From Planctomycetota bacterium (lineage in GTDB: Bacteria; Planctomycetota; UBA1135; UBA2386): DNA of 64,000 nt. A program made the position numbers and the translations under genes. Of this stretch, positions 29,001 through 38,747 are shown piece by piece. Below the pieces are notes generated by a model. The model worked only from the letters and a program-made list of their open reading frames with translations, did not search any database and was not told the origin of the DNA. The stretch is from NCBI GenBank assembly GCA_046290465.1, contig JBKAGP010000001.1, positions 3,744,001 through 3,808,000 of the forward strand, given 5' to 3'. Each line of letters begins with the position of its first letter. Within the stretch, counting starts at the first letter, position 1.

Positions 29001-30971
29001 GGCGACGAACCGTCGCGCAAGGACACGCTGAGCCACCTGGTGATCAACTCGATCCCGCGGCCCGAGGACACCCACGACGCGTTCGTGGAGTGGGCCGACG
29101 CCAGCGGCATCAAGCAGGCCCGCCTCGTCGAGTTGGCGACCTACGCGCCGCAGTGGGCCCCGCACGTCAACGCCGTGCTCGGCTGGGACGGCCTCGAGAA
29201 CGGCGTCTGGTGGATCCACGCCCACACCAAGGACGACAGCTGGAACGGCAAGGAGCTGAAGGAGCAGTGGACGGCGCAGGTCAGCGAACGCACGCCGCTG
29301 TCCGCATCGGACCTGACCGAAGGAGCCGTCGACGTCGCGTGGTTCCACGACGCATACGGCCGTCTCGGCGCCGAGCGCTGGCAGGCGCTCGACAAGGCGG
29401 CGAAGTACGCGTCGAGCAGCGGTGGCCACAAGCGCGCGCAGCTGTTCGCCGACGCGATGCGCGGCACGACGACGCACGACGAGTTGCTGGCACGGATCGA
29501 CGAGAAGCGCCATCAGGACTCGGTGCGCGCGCTCGGGTTGCTGCCGCTGGCCACGGGCAAGGGTCGCGACGCCGACCTGCTGGCGCGCTACCAGGCGCTA
29601 CAGGAGTTCCGCCGCCAAAGCCGCAAGTTCGGCTCCCAGCGCCAGCAGAGCGAAGGGCGCGCGACCGCCATCGGCCTCGAGAACCTCGCCCGCACCGCCG
29701 GCTTCACGGATCCGCTGCGGCTGCAGTGGGCGATGGAGATGGACGCGATCGCCGATCTGCGCGACGGCCCGGTGGTCGTCACCAAGGGCGACACGGTGCT
29801 GACGCTCAGCATCGACGAACAGGGCAAGCCCGACCTCGCCGTGCACAAGGGCGAACGCAAGCTCAAGTCGGTTCCCGCGCGGCTCAACAAGGACGCGGAC
29901 ATCGTCGAGCTCAAGGCGCGCCTCAAGGAGCTGCGCCGGCAGGCCTCGCGCGTGCAGGGCGCGCTCGAGGAGTCGATGTGCCGCGGCGACGCCTTCGAGG
30001 CGGACGAACTGCGCCAACTGCTGCAGCACCCGATCCTGGCTCCGAGCCTGCGCCGCCTGGTGTTCCTCGGCGAGGACATCGCCGGCTACCTCGAGAAGGA
30101 CGGCAGGGTGCTGGTCGACCACGCCGGCACGATCGAGCCGATCCGCAAGACCGAGACCCTGCGGCTGGCGCATCCACACGACCTGCTCGATCGCGGCGAC
30201 TGGGCCTCGTGGCAGCGCGACTGCTACCGGCGCGAGCGCATCCAGCCGTTCAAGCAGGTGTTCCGCGAGACCTACCCGCTGACCGCAGCCGAACGCGACG
30301 AGGGCAAGCGATCCAAGCGCTACGCCGGGCACCAGGTCGGCCCACGCCGGGCGCTGGCGCTGCTCGGCAAGCGCGGCTGGGTCGCCCAGCCCGAAGAAGG
30401 CGTCAGCCGCACGTTCCACGCCGAGGGCGTCACCGCACGGCTGACGTTCCAGGAGGCGTTCTACTCGCCGGCGGACATCGAGGGACTGACGCTGGAGGAC
30501 GTCGTGTTCACCAGGAAGGGCGAGCACGACCCCTTGCAGCTCGTCGACGTGCCGCCGCGTGTGTTCAGCGAGGCCATGCGGGACATGGACCTGGTCGTCA
30601 GCGTCGCCCACGAGGGCGGAGTCGATCCGGAGGCCAGCGCGTCGACCGTCGAGATGCGCGCCAACCTGATGCGCGAGACCTGCAGGCTGCTCGACATCGA
30701 CAACGTCGAGGTGCTCGACCACCACGCGCTGATCAAGGGCTCGCTCGCCGACTACTCGCTGCACCTCGGCAGCGCCGTCGCCAGCGTGCGCGGCGGCCTG
30801 TCGCTGGCGATCGTCGCGGTGCACTCGCAGCACCGGGGCCGGCTGTTCCTGCCGTTCGCCGACGACGACCCGCGGACCGCCGAGGTGCTGTCCAAGATGC
30901 TGCTGCTGGCGCGCGACCGCGAACTGAAGGACCCGGGCATCCTCGAGCAGATCCGACGCGCGAACGGCTAG
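26088..30971 (+). CDS. Large DUF4132 / DUF5724-type helical protein (1627 aa)
   Basis: LLLAAQRQEGLRQTILE, RFSSVVRA, LEESM, LxHP, QPFKQVFRETY, FSEAMRDMDLVVSVAH. Confidence 0.8.
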   Translation: MDAKKVEQELEDARRRPLGKRLKPVLTLPGELRKVVDNASKKRWAYHARRAIEVQAKIVRKHFAGITDARRSKLIRSLLPNFADAAEQAWSTLARRPYQDEGTRKPFRAPAGSEELDVRRGSWLLEQSAKFGDLDRDIIWLAKWAAHISSYGEATEIGWLLAGALDRGDAASDEVFEILKDSASGEHEIGAMGRHVTQAMMSCGREDAWEFNEKLLLAAQRQEGLRQTILESIDESHPEAFRRMLRLILEHDLARFSSVVRAFDTWFGFMWDGSSGIKVNEVLEKVLRCFDDDAQRDRALAGDDPETAYLALWTLAFEDVESAVAPAARLLEHESAEMRFVAMHLLAQTQWTTAVAHAPRMLADDDLRVAARAFLCVAETEPSHETFAALEPLLGRFRRKSVKLPSIVWPWWEMKIERTEIADQLIRHGKGMPQSRLMPYVNDLDSWDRAGFVREAAGLDRWAQGDAMRKPKVLTGGTYELAVALIGDASPDARKAAFASLASTEVQAAERDHLVELLRRKASDLRSGVLARLTRLDDDELLATAATLMRNKDAMRRLAGLELVRDAVEKDRCTEQARALARDVFAQREPTDGERAHLDTILGDRTEVASRDDCLGLIDGGARMQWQRPSAKAPTDRTKAARAALESLAQLVLDHGDTEIVDLFGDRTTLLDAGRRIGDPGNRELAEQREGKLPLVDVWQQWQRGRGTELRDQDGLELVRAWVADDASKIWGGPTARKLAGSEAWSSGRQLLSCLLEWAIFWQRPEGAFAHFVDGIAHELGRLTRGQLRTLADQGHHCVWNSEKPHDRIVDRASHLQQRYRRLQDLLPSQVDEATARRAYATLRWFQLETGSRSRLGPNLREFRAAADAGLFDDPTAELTQLLIGPAADRDLLSQCTGHKPCKEFADHATFATTIQRIRERLVEVETRRGDRTTAASALTIGLRHTGGLDTLGAAMKALGSTKFARSYSWWGDEPSRKDTLSHLVINSIPRPEDTHDAFVEWADASGIKQARLVELATYAPQWAPHVNAVLGWDGLENGVWWIHAHTKDDSWNGKELKEQWTAQVSERTPLSASDLTEGAVDVAWFHDAYGRLGAERWQALDKAAKYASSSGGHKRAQLFADAMRGTTTHDELLARIDEKRHQDSVRALGLLPLATGKGRDADLLARYQALQEFRRQSRKFGSQRQQSEGRATAIGLENLARTAGFTDPLRLQWAMEMDAIADLRDGPVVVTKGDTVLTLSIDEQGKPDLAVHKGERKLKSVPARLNKDADIVELKARLKELRRQASRVQGALEESMCRGDAFEADELRQLLQHPILAPSLRRLVFLGEDIAGYLEKDGRVLVDHAGTIEPIRKTETLRLAHPHDLLDRGDWASWQRDCYRRERIQPFKQVFRETYPLTAAERDEGKRSKRYAGHQVGPRRALALLGKRGWVAQPEEGVSRTFHAEGVTARLTFQEAFYSPADIEGLTLEDVVFTRKGEHDPLQLVDVPPRVFSEAMRDMDLVVSVAHEGGVDPEASASTVEMRANLMRETCRLLDIDNVEVLDHHALIKGSLADYSLHLGSAVASVRGGLSLAIVAVHSQHRGRLFLPFADDDPRTAEVLSKMLLLARDRELKDPGILEQIRRANG

Positions 30972-31020
30972 GAGCGCGTTCATGGAGTCCACGCGCTGCC
31001 AACCGTGATCGCGGAAGCGG
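30968..31020 (+). repeat. 53-bp dispersed palindromic element, copy 1
   Basis: 48/53 identical to 49414-49466; begins at the TAG stop of the upstream gene. Confidence 0.85.
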
Positions 31021-32765
31021 ACGCTTCGAGGCCGAACGGCAGGCGCTGGCGCGCATGACCCATCCGGGCATCGCGACCGTGCACGACGCCGGCTGCGACG
31101 CGCACGGACAGCCGTTCCTGGTCATGGAATACGTCGACGGCCTGCCGATCGTCGAGCACTGCGAGGCCACCGACTGCGACCTCGAGTCGCGGCTCCACCT
31201 GTTCGCGCGCGTCTGCGACGCGGTCGAGCACGCCCACCGACGTGGCGTGCTGCACCGCGACATCAAGCCGAGCAACATCCTGGTCTCCACCCACGGCGAC
31301 GACGCCCAGCCGAAGGTGATCGACTTCGGCATCGCCAAGGCGCTGGAGGAGCCGTTCGGCGAGAGCGGCGACATGACGATGCAGGGCACGCTGCTGGGCA
31401 CGCTGCTGGGCACGCTCGACTACATGAGCCCCGAGCAGCTGGGCGGGCGACGGGCGCAAGGTCGACACCCGCAGCGACGTCTATGCCCTCGGGATGATCC
31501 TCTACGAGATGCTGGTCGGCGTGCGGCCGCTCGAGTCCGGCGCCGCCGACGGCCTGACCGACTGGCTGCGCATCGTGCGCGAGCACGAGCCGATGCGGCC
31601 CAGCCGGCGCATCCTCGCCCGCCGCGCCACCGGCATCGTCACCACGACCAGCCTGCGTCGCATGCGGCGGGAGCTCGGCACGTTCTCGGGCAGCGCCGTC
31701 GCGACGACCGGCTTCGCGCCGGAGTTCGCGCCGGCGTTCACGACCGCGCTCGACACGCAGAACGGCACCGGCTTCGTCGAGGTCCCGCACAGCGACGCGC
31801 TGGTCCCCACAGCCGGCCTGACGATCGAGGCGGTGATCGAACTCGACTCGAACTTCGGCCGCGAGACGATCGTGCGCAAGGACCTGGCGCCGTTCGCCGA
31901 GAGCTACAACTTCCGCGTCGAGTTCGGCGCGCTGCAGCTGATCATCAACACCACGACCGGGTTCCAGACGCTGTGGGCGCTCGGCACGCCGCTGCCGCTC
32001 GGCGAGCCGCTGCACGTCGCCGCGACCTACGACGGTGCGACGATGACGCTCTACCTCGACGGCCAGGTCATCGACACGGTCGCGGCGTCCGGCGCATTCA
32101 CGCCGTCGACCGGCACGCTGCGCATCGGCAAGGGCGACGACCTCGGCAACGAGGAGTTCCACGGCCGGATCGACTCGGTGCGCCTGTGGCAGGTCGCGCT
32201 CCAGCAGCAAGAACTGGTCGCGTTGCTCGACCGCGACGTCGACACGATGCCGGGCATCGTCGGCTCGTGGCAGTTCGACGGCGACCTGACCGACTCGGCC
32301 AACGGCAACGACGGCGTCGCCGTCGGCAGCATCGCCTTCGCGGAGCAGTACGGCGGCCAGATCGGCGTGCCGGACACCGGCCTCGAGATCTTCGGCGCCG
32401 GCACCAGCAACTGCAGCACGGCCCCGTCGGTGATCGCGCCGCGCCTGCCGGTGCTCGGCACGACCTTCCCGTACGGGTCGGACGGCGGCCCGTCGCCGGG
32501 CCTCTGGGCGCACTCGCTGACGCTGGCCCGCCTCCCCGTCGGGGTCGCCGCCCTCGGCGTCGACATCTGGATCGATCCGACCGGCGCCCTGCTGCCGACC
32601 TTCGGGCTCGGCACCGTGCTCGGCGACAGCCGCTCAGAGCTGGCGCTGCCGACCGACCCGGCGGCGATCGGCCTGCAGGTGTTCTTCCAGGCGTTCTGGT
32701 TCGACTCCTGCGGCCCGGCCGGGCTGACGGCGTCGCCGGGCCTGCAGATCACGCTGCTGCCGTAG
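31021..32765 (+). pseudogene. Chimeric remnant: 5'-truncated Ser/Thr kinase fused to a LamG-domain protein
   Basis: Kinase motifs HRDIKPSN, DFG, YMSPEQ present but no Gly-loop or VAIK; 12-bp duplication (GTLL x2); frameshift near 31445; then LamG (HVAATYDG, LYLDG, FHGRIDSVRLW). Confidence 0.75.
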
Positions 32766-32771
32766 CGGCGG

Positions 32772-32793
32772 GCGCGCGGCTTCGGCCGCGCGC
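32772..32793. terminator. Hairpin between convergent genes
   Basis: GCGCGCGGC-TTCG-GCCGCGCGC perfect stem with a cUUCGg loop; no U-tract. Confidence 0.5.
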
Positions 32794-32802
32794 AGGGCAC
32801 CG

Positions 32803-33894
32803 CTACTGGTGCTCGAAGAACGCCACCGGGCAGTAGGACAGGCTCTTCGAACCCGTCGTCAGGTTGGCGGGCGCGCCCGACGCCGAGACGATCGACGTGC
32901 GCGGGCGCGCGCCGGTCAGCACCTCGCCACCGTTCGAGATCGTGACCTGGCCCGGCGTGAAGAAGTCGAGCATCAGCACCTGCGAGCTGATCGGCATGTC
33001 GGCGAACGCGTTGTCGTTGGGGATCTGGAACGACCAGGTCTTGCTGCCGGAGCCGCTGGTGGTGCCGCCGAGCAGGCTGATCGGGCCGAGCGACAGCTGG
33101 CCCTGGCACGCCGGCGCGATGCCCGGGAACACCGCCGAGATCGGGTACGGGGCGACCAGCGAGTTGCCGACCGACAGCGCGACGAACGCCGGCGCATTGG
33201 CCGGGCCCTGCGCGACCGAACCGATCCACGACAGACCGGGGCGCGTCGGCTGCAGCGTGTGGTTGGGCACGCCGCCGCCCGAGTGCTGGCAGCCGGCCGC
33301 GCCGTAGGTGATCGGCGAGTAGAAGTCGGCGCGGTCGATCCGGTAGGTGAACTGCGCGCCGCCGTTGGCCGTGCCGTAGACGCGGTACTCGACGACCAGG
33401 TTGCGGCCGTTGGGCTGGAACGCGAACGGCGTGGTCAGGTCGATGAAGAACTCGCCGTTCGGCAGCGGGTTGGCCGGGTCGCGCAGCGTCGGCGGCGTGT
33501 AGAGCGCCGGGCCGAATACGGTGACCGGCGTGCCGTCGTAGTTGTTGTCGTAGTTGGTGCCCATCGAGGCGTGCGTCTCGGTCGACCAGCCCATGCGGAT
33601 CTCGAGCTGCATCGCGACCCCGACGTCCATCGTCGTGGTCTGCGAGTCCTCGCGGAAGCCGAGCTTGGTGATCTGCTGGCCGACCGGGATGTCGAGGTCG
33701 ACCAGTTCGTAGAGGCACTGCACCCGCGAGGTGCCGCGCGCCAGCGGCAGGTTGGGCGACGACAGCGGGCCCTCCGGGACGGCCGCGTATTCGTCTGGGA
33801 AGACCGCGACTCCCTGGGCGCTGGCGACGTCGGTCGCGGCGGCGAAGGTGGCGGCGGAGAACAGGAAGGAAAGCACGTATGGGTTCGTCTTCAT
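32803..33894 (-). CDS. Secreted hypothetical protein
   Basis: Start MKTNPYVLSF preceded by a GGAGGGG SD; signal peptide. Confidence 0.75.
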   Translation of the reverse strand: MKTNPYVLSFLFSAATFAAATDVASAQGVAVFPDEYAAVPEGPLSSPNLPLARGTSRVQCLYELVDLDIPVGQQITKLGFREDSQTTTMDVGVAMQLEIRMGWSTETHASMGTNYDNNYDGTPVTVFGPALYTPPTLRDPANPLPNGEFFIDLTTPFAFQPNGRNLVVEYRVYGTANGGAQFTYRIDRADFYSPITYGAAGCQHSGGGVPNHTLQPTRPGLSWIGSVAQGPANAPAFVALSVGNSLVAPYPISAVFPGIAPACQGQLSLGPISLLGGTTSGSGSKTWSFQIPNDNAFADMPISSQVLMLDFFTPGQVTISNGGEVLTGARPRTSIVSASGAPANLTTGSKSLSYCPVAFFEHQ

Positions 33895-33995
33895 GGCATC
33901 CCCCTCCAGCGAAGGCGGGCGCCGGATCCCAAGGTCGCTTCCTTCGGTTTTCTCGCGGGGGCCGGTCGCGCTGGGCGACCGCGCTGGCTGGCCGC

Positions 33996-34628
33996 TCAGC
34001 CGAGCGTGCGGCCGAAGCCGCGCACGCGCAGCTTGACCAGCAACCGCGCCTGTGCGTCCTGGAACGCCTGGCGGGCGGTCTCGTCGCTCGAGTAGCCGAG
34101 GGCGTCGCGGATCTGCGGGAACGTCGCGTCCTCCAGCAGCCGCAGCTCGAGCAGGCGTCGGTGCCGCTCGGGCAGTTCTTGCAGCGCGTCGCGCACCAGC
34201 GCCGCGCGTTCGCCGAGCGACGCGGCCATCGTCGGGGTCGCCTCGCGCGCGTCGGCGGCCATCGCCGCCATGCCCGCCGTCGGCTCGGCGACCTTCTTGC
34301 GGTCGTCGCGGCGCGCCGCCTCGTGGAAGCGCACCGCGTCCAGCAGCCGGTGCCGCACCAGCGTGCCGAGGTAGGAGTAGAACTTCTCGGGGCCTTCGAA
34401 CGACGTGTCCGACAGGTCCCGCACCACCGCCGCCAGCACCTCGTGCACGACGTCGTGCGTGCTGAACAGCGGCAGGATCCAGCGGTGCCGCTTGCGGAAG
34501 TCCCGCTCGAGGTCGCGGTGCACGAACTGCTTCACCGGCGCGTAGCACGCCGCGACGACCCGTTCCTGGGCGTGCTCGTCCCCGCCCGCGGCGGCGACGA
34601 TCTCCGGGCACAACGTCTGCCAGTCCAT
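33996..34628 (-). CDS. ECF sigma-70 factor
   Basis: Region 2 (STHDVVHEV...FYSYLGTLVRHRLLD) and region 4 (ALQELPERHRRLLELR...IRDALG). Confidence 0.85.
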   Translation of the reverse strand: MDWQTLCPEIVAAAGGDEHAQERVVAACYAPVKQFVHRDLERDFRKRHRWILPLFSTHDVVHEVLAAVVRDLSDTSFEGPEKFYSYLGTLVRHRLLDAVRFHEAARRDDRKKVAEPTAGMAAMAADAREATPTMAASLGERAALVRDALQELPERHRRLLELRLLEDATFPQIRDALGYSSDETARQAFQDAQARLLVKLRVRGFGRTLG

Positions 34629-34656
34629 CTTGCTGCCTCCCGAGTTCGCCGCGGAC

Positions 34657-36123
34657 CTACAGGTAGACCTGGACCGGCCACGCCTCGCTCAGCGCAGCCG
34701 AGTTCCAGTCCAGGTGGAACCAGCGGATCGTGAACCGGCTGCCCGACAACGACAGCGACGGCGGCACCGTGAACGCGGTCGCCTGCGGGTTGCCGGGGAT
34801 CGGGTCCAGCGGGTCGCGCAGCAGCAGGCCGTTGATCAGCACGGGATCGAGGTTGTCCTCGCTGGTCAGGAACGCGAACGCCAGGCTCGGCGCCGGCCCG
34901 GTCGCCGGCGGCCAGCCGACCATCCACGACTCGAACCGCGTCGCCGACGACTCGTAGCGGCGGAACGCCGAGCCGCTGAGTTCGGGCACACCGAGCAGGC
35001 CGTTGCGCGGCGCGCCGCAGCTGTTGCCGAAGTCGTCGCCGCCGGGCGGCGGCAGGTTGACGCCTTCGAGATCGGGGTCGAGCGTGCAGACCGCGTCGAC
35101 GTCGTCGTTCTGCGCCTTGCCGATCTCGTCGCTGACGCGCGTGCCGCTCGGTGTGGTCACCGGCACCGGGTTGCTGGCGCCGTCGGTCGAGAAGTCGAGG
35201 AACAGGAACTGGTCGCGCAGGTTGCCGGTGACCGAGAACAGCACGCGTTCGTTGGCCGCGTCGACGGCCAGCGCGTCGATGTCCTCGTCCTGGCCGAGGC
35301 CCAGCTCGGTGTAGCTCAAGAACACCTGAGGTGCTCCCCAGCCGCCGCCGAACGGCGACGGCTTGACGCACAGGATCGTCGCGCCGCTGCGCGACGTGCT
35401 GCCCCACCAGGCGCCCGGCACGAAGTCGCGGGTCGCGTGCGAGACCGTGAAGTAGATCGCGGGCGAACCGACCAGCGGCCCGAAGCCCGGTTCGACCGCG
35501 GGCATGCCGCTGAGGAGCGCCAGGCCCTGGTCGACGCCGAGCACCAGCGGCAGGTCGAGGCCGTCGACCTCGACGACGCCGCCCGCGCCGAGGCCCAGGT
35601 CGCCGCGCGAGTGCGAACGCTGGGTGCGGCCGACCAGCTGCGGCGGCAGGCCGCTGCCGGGCAGGATGTACGAGAACACGGTCGCGCCGAGGTCGCCTTC
35701 GGCCGCCTGCTGCGCGATCAACGAGCCGGGAGCACCGACCGCGCCCTCGCGCAGCGAGAACGACCAGACGCTCCACAGCTCGGGGTCGATGTCGAGCACG
35801 CCGTTGCCGTCGATCAGCAGCTCATCGCGCCCGGTGCTGAAGTCGTCGAGGTCGACGGTCGACGGCGCGCCGAAGGCCGTCAGGATCGCACGCAGGTCCG
35901 GCGTCATGCTGCCCGGCGCGAACGTGCCGGGCGCCGCCTGCGAGAAGCCGTTGGGGTGCACCAGCGTGGTGCCGTCGGCGTTGCCGGCCGGGTCCGGACC
36001 ATCGACGAACAGGGCCGTCGGCGAGCCGGCGAGCACGCCGCGGGACTCGACCTGGGCGCGCGCGGCACCGGTGAGGCCGGCGGCGACGCCGGCGAGGAGC
36101 AGAGCGGGGACGGTGGATCGCAT
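34657..36123 (-). CDS. Secreted hypothetical protein
   Basis: Signal peptide MRSTVPALLLAGVAAGLTGAARAQ; repeated DxDAL / FS motifs. Confidence 0.75.
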   Translation of the reverse strand: MRSTVPALLLAGVAAGLTGAARAQVESRGVLAGSPTALFVDGPDPAGNADGTTLVHPNGFSQAAPGTFAPGSMTPDLRAILTAFGAPSTVDLDDFSTGRDELLIDGNGVLDIDPELWSVWSFSLREGAVGAPGSLIAQQAAEGDLGATVFSYILPGSGLPPQLVGRTQRSHSRGDLGLGAGGVVEVDGLDLPLVLGVDQGLALLSGMPAVEPGFGPLVGSPAIYFTVSHATRDFVPGAWWGSTSRSGATILCVKPSPFGGGWGAPQVFLSYTELGLGQDEDIDALAVDAANERVLFSVTGNLRDQFLFLDFSTDGASNPVPVTTPSGTRVSDEIGKAQNDDVDAVCTLDPDLEGVNLPPPGGDDFGNSCGAPRNGLLGVPELSGSAFRRYESSATRFESWMVGWPPATGPAPSLAFAFLTSEDNLDPVLINGLLLRDPLDPIPGNPQATAFTVPPSLSLSGSRFTIRWFHLDWNSAALSEAWPVQVYL

Positions 36124-36164
36124 GGAATCGGTAGCGTAGCCGCGACCGCAAACCCCAGGTGGAA

Positions 36165-38714
36165 TCAGCGGAAAGTCTCGAGGCCCACTTCGATCTCGGC
36201 GAGCAGCCGTTCGCGCAGCGCCGCGTTGTCGCCGGCCTCCTGCAGCGCGAGCCGCCGCAGGATGATCGCGAGCCAGGCGGTCTGGTCGACGCCGAGCCCC
36301 GACTGCGGCATCAGGAAGGCGAGGTTGGCCAGGTCGTAGGCAGCGCCCGGCGACTCGTTGACCGCGCGCGCGTAGCTGAGGAACGCCTCGTCGCGATTCT
36401 CCGACGCCAGCGCCTCGGCGATCGCCAGCTGCCGCCGACCGCGCGTGGTCGCGCGCATCGCCAGCGCCGCGCGGTAGCTCGCCGCCGCCTGCTCGGCGAC
36501 GCCGCGCCGTTCTTCCCAGGAGCTGCACAGCGCCGCCCGTTCGAGGTGGATGCTGCCGATCAGGTCGAGGCGCAGACGACCGCGCGTGCCCTCGGTCGGC
36601 AGTTCGTCGCACAGCGCCATCGCCTCGTCGAGCTGGCCGCGGTCGCGCAACACCTGCGCCAGCGTGAAGCGCGTGTTCCACGCGAACGAGCGCAACCGCT
36701 GCGCTTCGCGCAGGTGGCGCTCGGCCGACGCGAGGTCGCCGTGACGTCGATACGCGATGCCGAGGTTCTGGTGCGGGCCGTGGCGCTCGGGCCGCAGCTC
36801 GAGCGAACGCTGCAATGGACCGATCGCCTCGCCGTAGCGGCGCATCATCACCAGCGCGACACCGCGCATCGCCTGCGTGCGCGCGGTCTCGCCGCCGTAG
36901 ATCGCCTCGAGCGCCACCGACTCGTCGTACAGGCGGTTGAGCACCTCACGCTGTTCGTCGCCGGCAGTCCGCTCCGACCGCCCCGCCAGCGACAGCATGC
37001 GCAGGTCGCGCGCCGGCAGGTAGCGGTCCGACGCGCGCGCGAGCAGCGCGTCGGCGCGCGCCGCGTAGCCCTTGACGTGGCGGTTGCGCAGCTCGTGGAA
37101 GCCCTGCACGTAGAGCTCCTGCGGCGTGACCGGCTCGGGCAGCCCCTCGATGCCGACCGCGAACGCGCCGACCTGCTCCGGGTCGCTGTCGAGGTAGCGC
37201 TGCACCAAGGCGCGGAAGTAGTCGCTGTCGCGCTGCGCCGCGATCCACTCGAGGTCGCGCAGCGCCGCGTCACGTTCGCCGAGGTCGAAGCGCAGGCACG
37301 CGCGCCACAGCCGCACCGGCAGGTCGGCGGGATCGAGCGCGAGGATCGCGTCGAGCTGGGCGATCGCCGCCTCGTGTTCGCCGCGCAGCTGGTTGAGCAC
37401 GCGCTCGTCCGGCCAGCCCTCGATCGCGAGCACGCTCGGCAGCGTGCGGTAGAGCGCCAGCTTCTGCTCAGCGCGCTCGAGCTCGCGCTGCCGTTCGAGG
37501 ATCGGCCACGCAATCGCCGCGACCAGCAGGGCCAGCGTCACCGCCGCGATCGCGACCGGTCGCGCCGGCGCGCGCTGCCAGCGACGCAACCGCCGACCGA
37601 ACGACGACAGCGGCCGCGCGGCCACCGGCTGGTGCTGCAAGAACGCTTCGAGGTCGCGGCCGAGCGCCGCGGCGTCCGGATAGCGGCGCGCCGGGTCGCG
37701 CTCGATGCATCGCTCGACGATCGCGACCAGGTCCCGCGGCAGGCCGGGCCTGGCGACCAGCAGCGGCGTCGGGTCGTCGCGCAGCAACGACGCCAGAACC
37801 GTCGCGGCGTCGCCCTCGTACGGCGGGCGACCGGCGAGCAGGTGGTAGAGCGTCGCGCCGAGGCCGTAGACGTCCATGGTCGGATGCGCGGTCTGCATGC
37901 CGCCGCTGGCGACCTGTTCGGGCGGCATGTACCACGGCGTGCCGAGCGTCGTCTGCGTCGCGGTCAGGCGTTCGTCCGAGCCGCGCGAGGCGATGCCGAA
38001 GTCGAGCAGCACCGCGCGGCCGTCGCGGGTCAAGAACGCGTTCGACGGCTTGACGTCGCGGTGCACCAGGCGCTGCTCGTGCGCCGCCGCGAGCCCGCGC
38101 GCGAGCTCGCTGCCCCACAGCGCGACCTGCCGCGGCCAGTGCGGTTCGACCGGCGACTCGATGCACGCTGCGACCGCATCGGCGGCCGGCCGACCGGTCG
38201 CGATCTCGCCGAGCAGTTCGGCCAGCGTCGCACCGCGCAGCCGTTCCATCACCAGGTAGTGGATGCCCTCGGGAGTGCGGCCGCGGTCGTGCACGCCGAC
38301 GATGTTGCGGTGCTGCAGCGCGGCCAGCGACTCGGCCTCGCGCTGGAACCGCTGCTCGGCCGCGTCGTCGCGGAACAGCCGCGCGTCGAGGATCTTGATC
38401 GCGACCTCGCGCTGCAGCTCGCGGTCGTCGGCGAGGTAGACGACCCCCATCGCGCCGCGGCCGAGGCTCTCGGTCAGCTGGTAGCGATCGGCGAGCAGCA
38501 GGCCGGCGAGCGGATCCTCGCGCAACGCCTCCTGCTGCAGTCCGACCAGCGCATCGGTCAGCCCGAGCACCTCGGCGAGCGGACCACGAAGGTGCGGATC
38601 GTCCTGGCAGAGTTCGTCGAGGTCGACGGCTTCTCCTTCGTCGATGCGCGCCAACGCCCGGCGCACGCAGGCGATCAGCCGCTCCTGATCCTCGGGGCTG
38701 CGAGAGAGGGTCAT
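36165..38714 (-). CDS. Ser/Thr protein kinase with TM segment and TPRs
   Basis: GRGAMGVV, VAIK, HRDVKPSN, DFG, GTPWYMPPEQ. Confidence 0.95.
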   Translation of the reverse strand: MTLSRSPEDQERLIACVRRALARIDEGEAVDLDELCQDDPHLRGPLAEVLGLTDALVGLQQEALREDPLAGLLLADRYQLTESLGRGAMGVVYLADDRELQREVAIKILDARLFRDDAAEQRFQREAESLAALQHRNIVGVHDRGRTPEGIHYLVMERLRGATLAELLGEIATGRPAADAVAACIESPVEPHWPRQVALWGSELARGLAAAHEQRLVHRDVKPSNAFLTRDGRAVLLDFGIASRGSDERLTATQTTLGTPWYMPPEQVASGGMQTAHPTMDVYGLGATLYHLLAGRPPYEGDAATVLASLLRDDPTPLLVARPGLPRDLVAIVERCIERDPARRYPDAAALGRDLEAFLQHQPVAARPLSSFGRRLRRWQRAPARPVAIAAVTLALLVAAIAWPILERQRELERAEQKLALYRTLPSVLAIEGWPDERVLNQLRGEHEAAIAQLDAILALDPADLPVRLWRACLRFDLGERDAALRDLEWIAAQRDSDYFRALVQRYLDSDPEQVGAFAVGIEGLPEPVTPQELYVQGFHELRNRHVKGYAARADALLARASDRYLPARDLRMLSLAGRSERTAGDEQREVLNRLYDESVALEAIYGGETARTQAMRGVALVMMRRYGEAIGPLQRSLELRPERHGPHQNLGIAYRRHGDLASAERHLREAQRLRSFAWNTRFTLAQVLRDRGQLDEAMALCDELPTEGTRGRLRLDLIGSIHLERAALCSSWEERRGVAEQAAASYRAALAMRATTRGRRQLAIAEALASENRDEAFLSYARAVNESPGAAYDLANLAFLMPQSGLGVDQTAWLAIILRRLALQEAGDNAALRERLLAEIEVGLETFR

Positions 38715-38747
38715 GGGGCGACGCAGTCTATCCGCAAGCGCCGCGAC

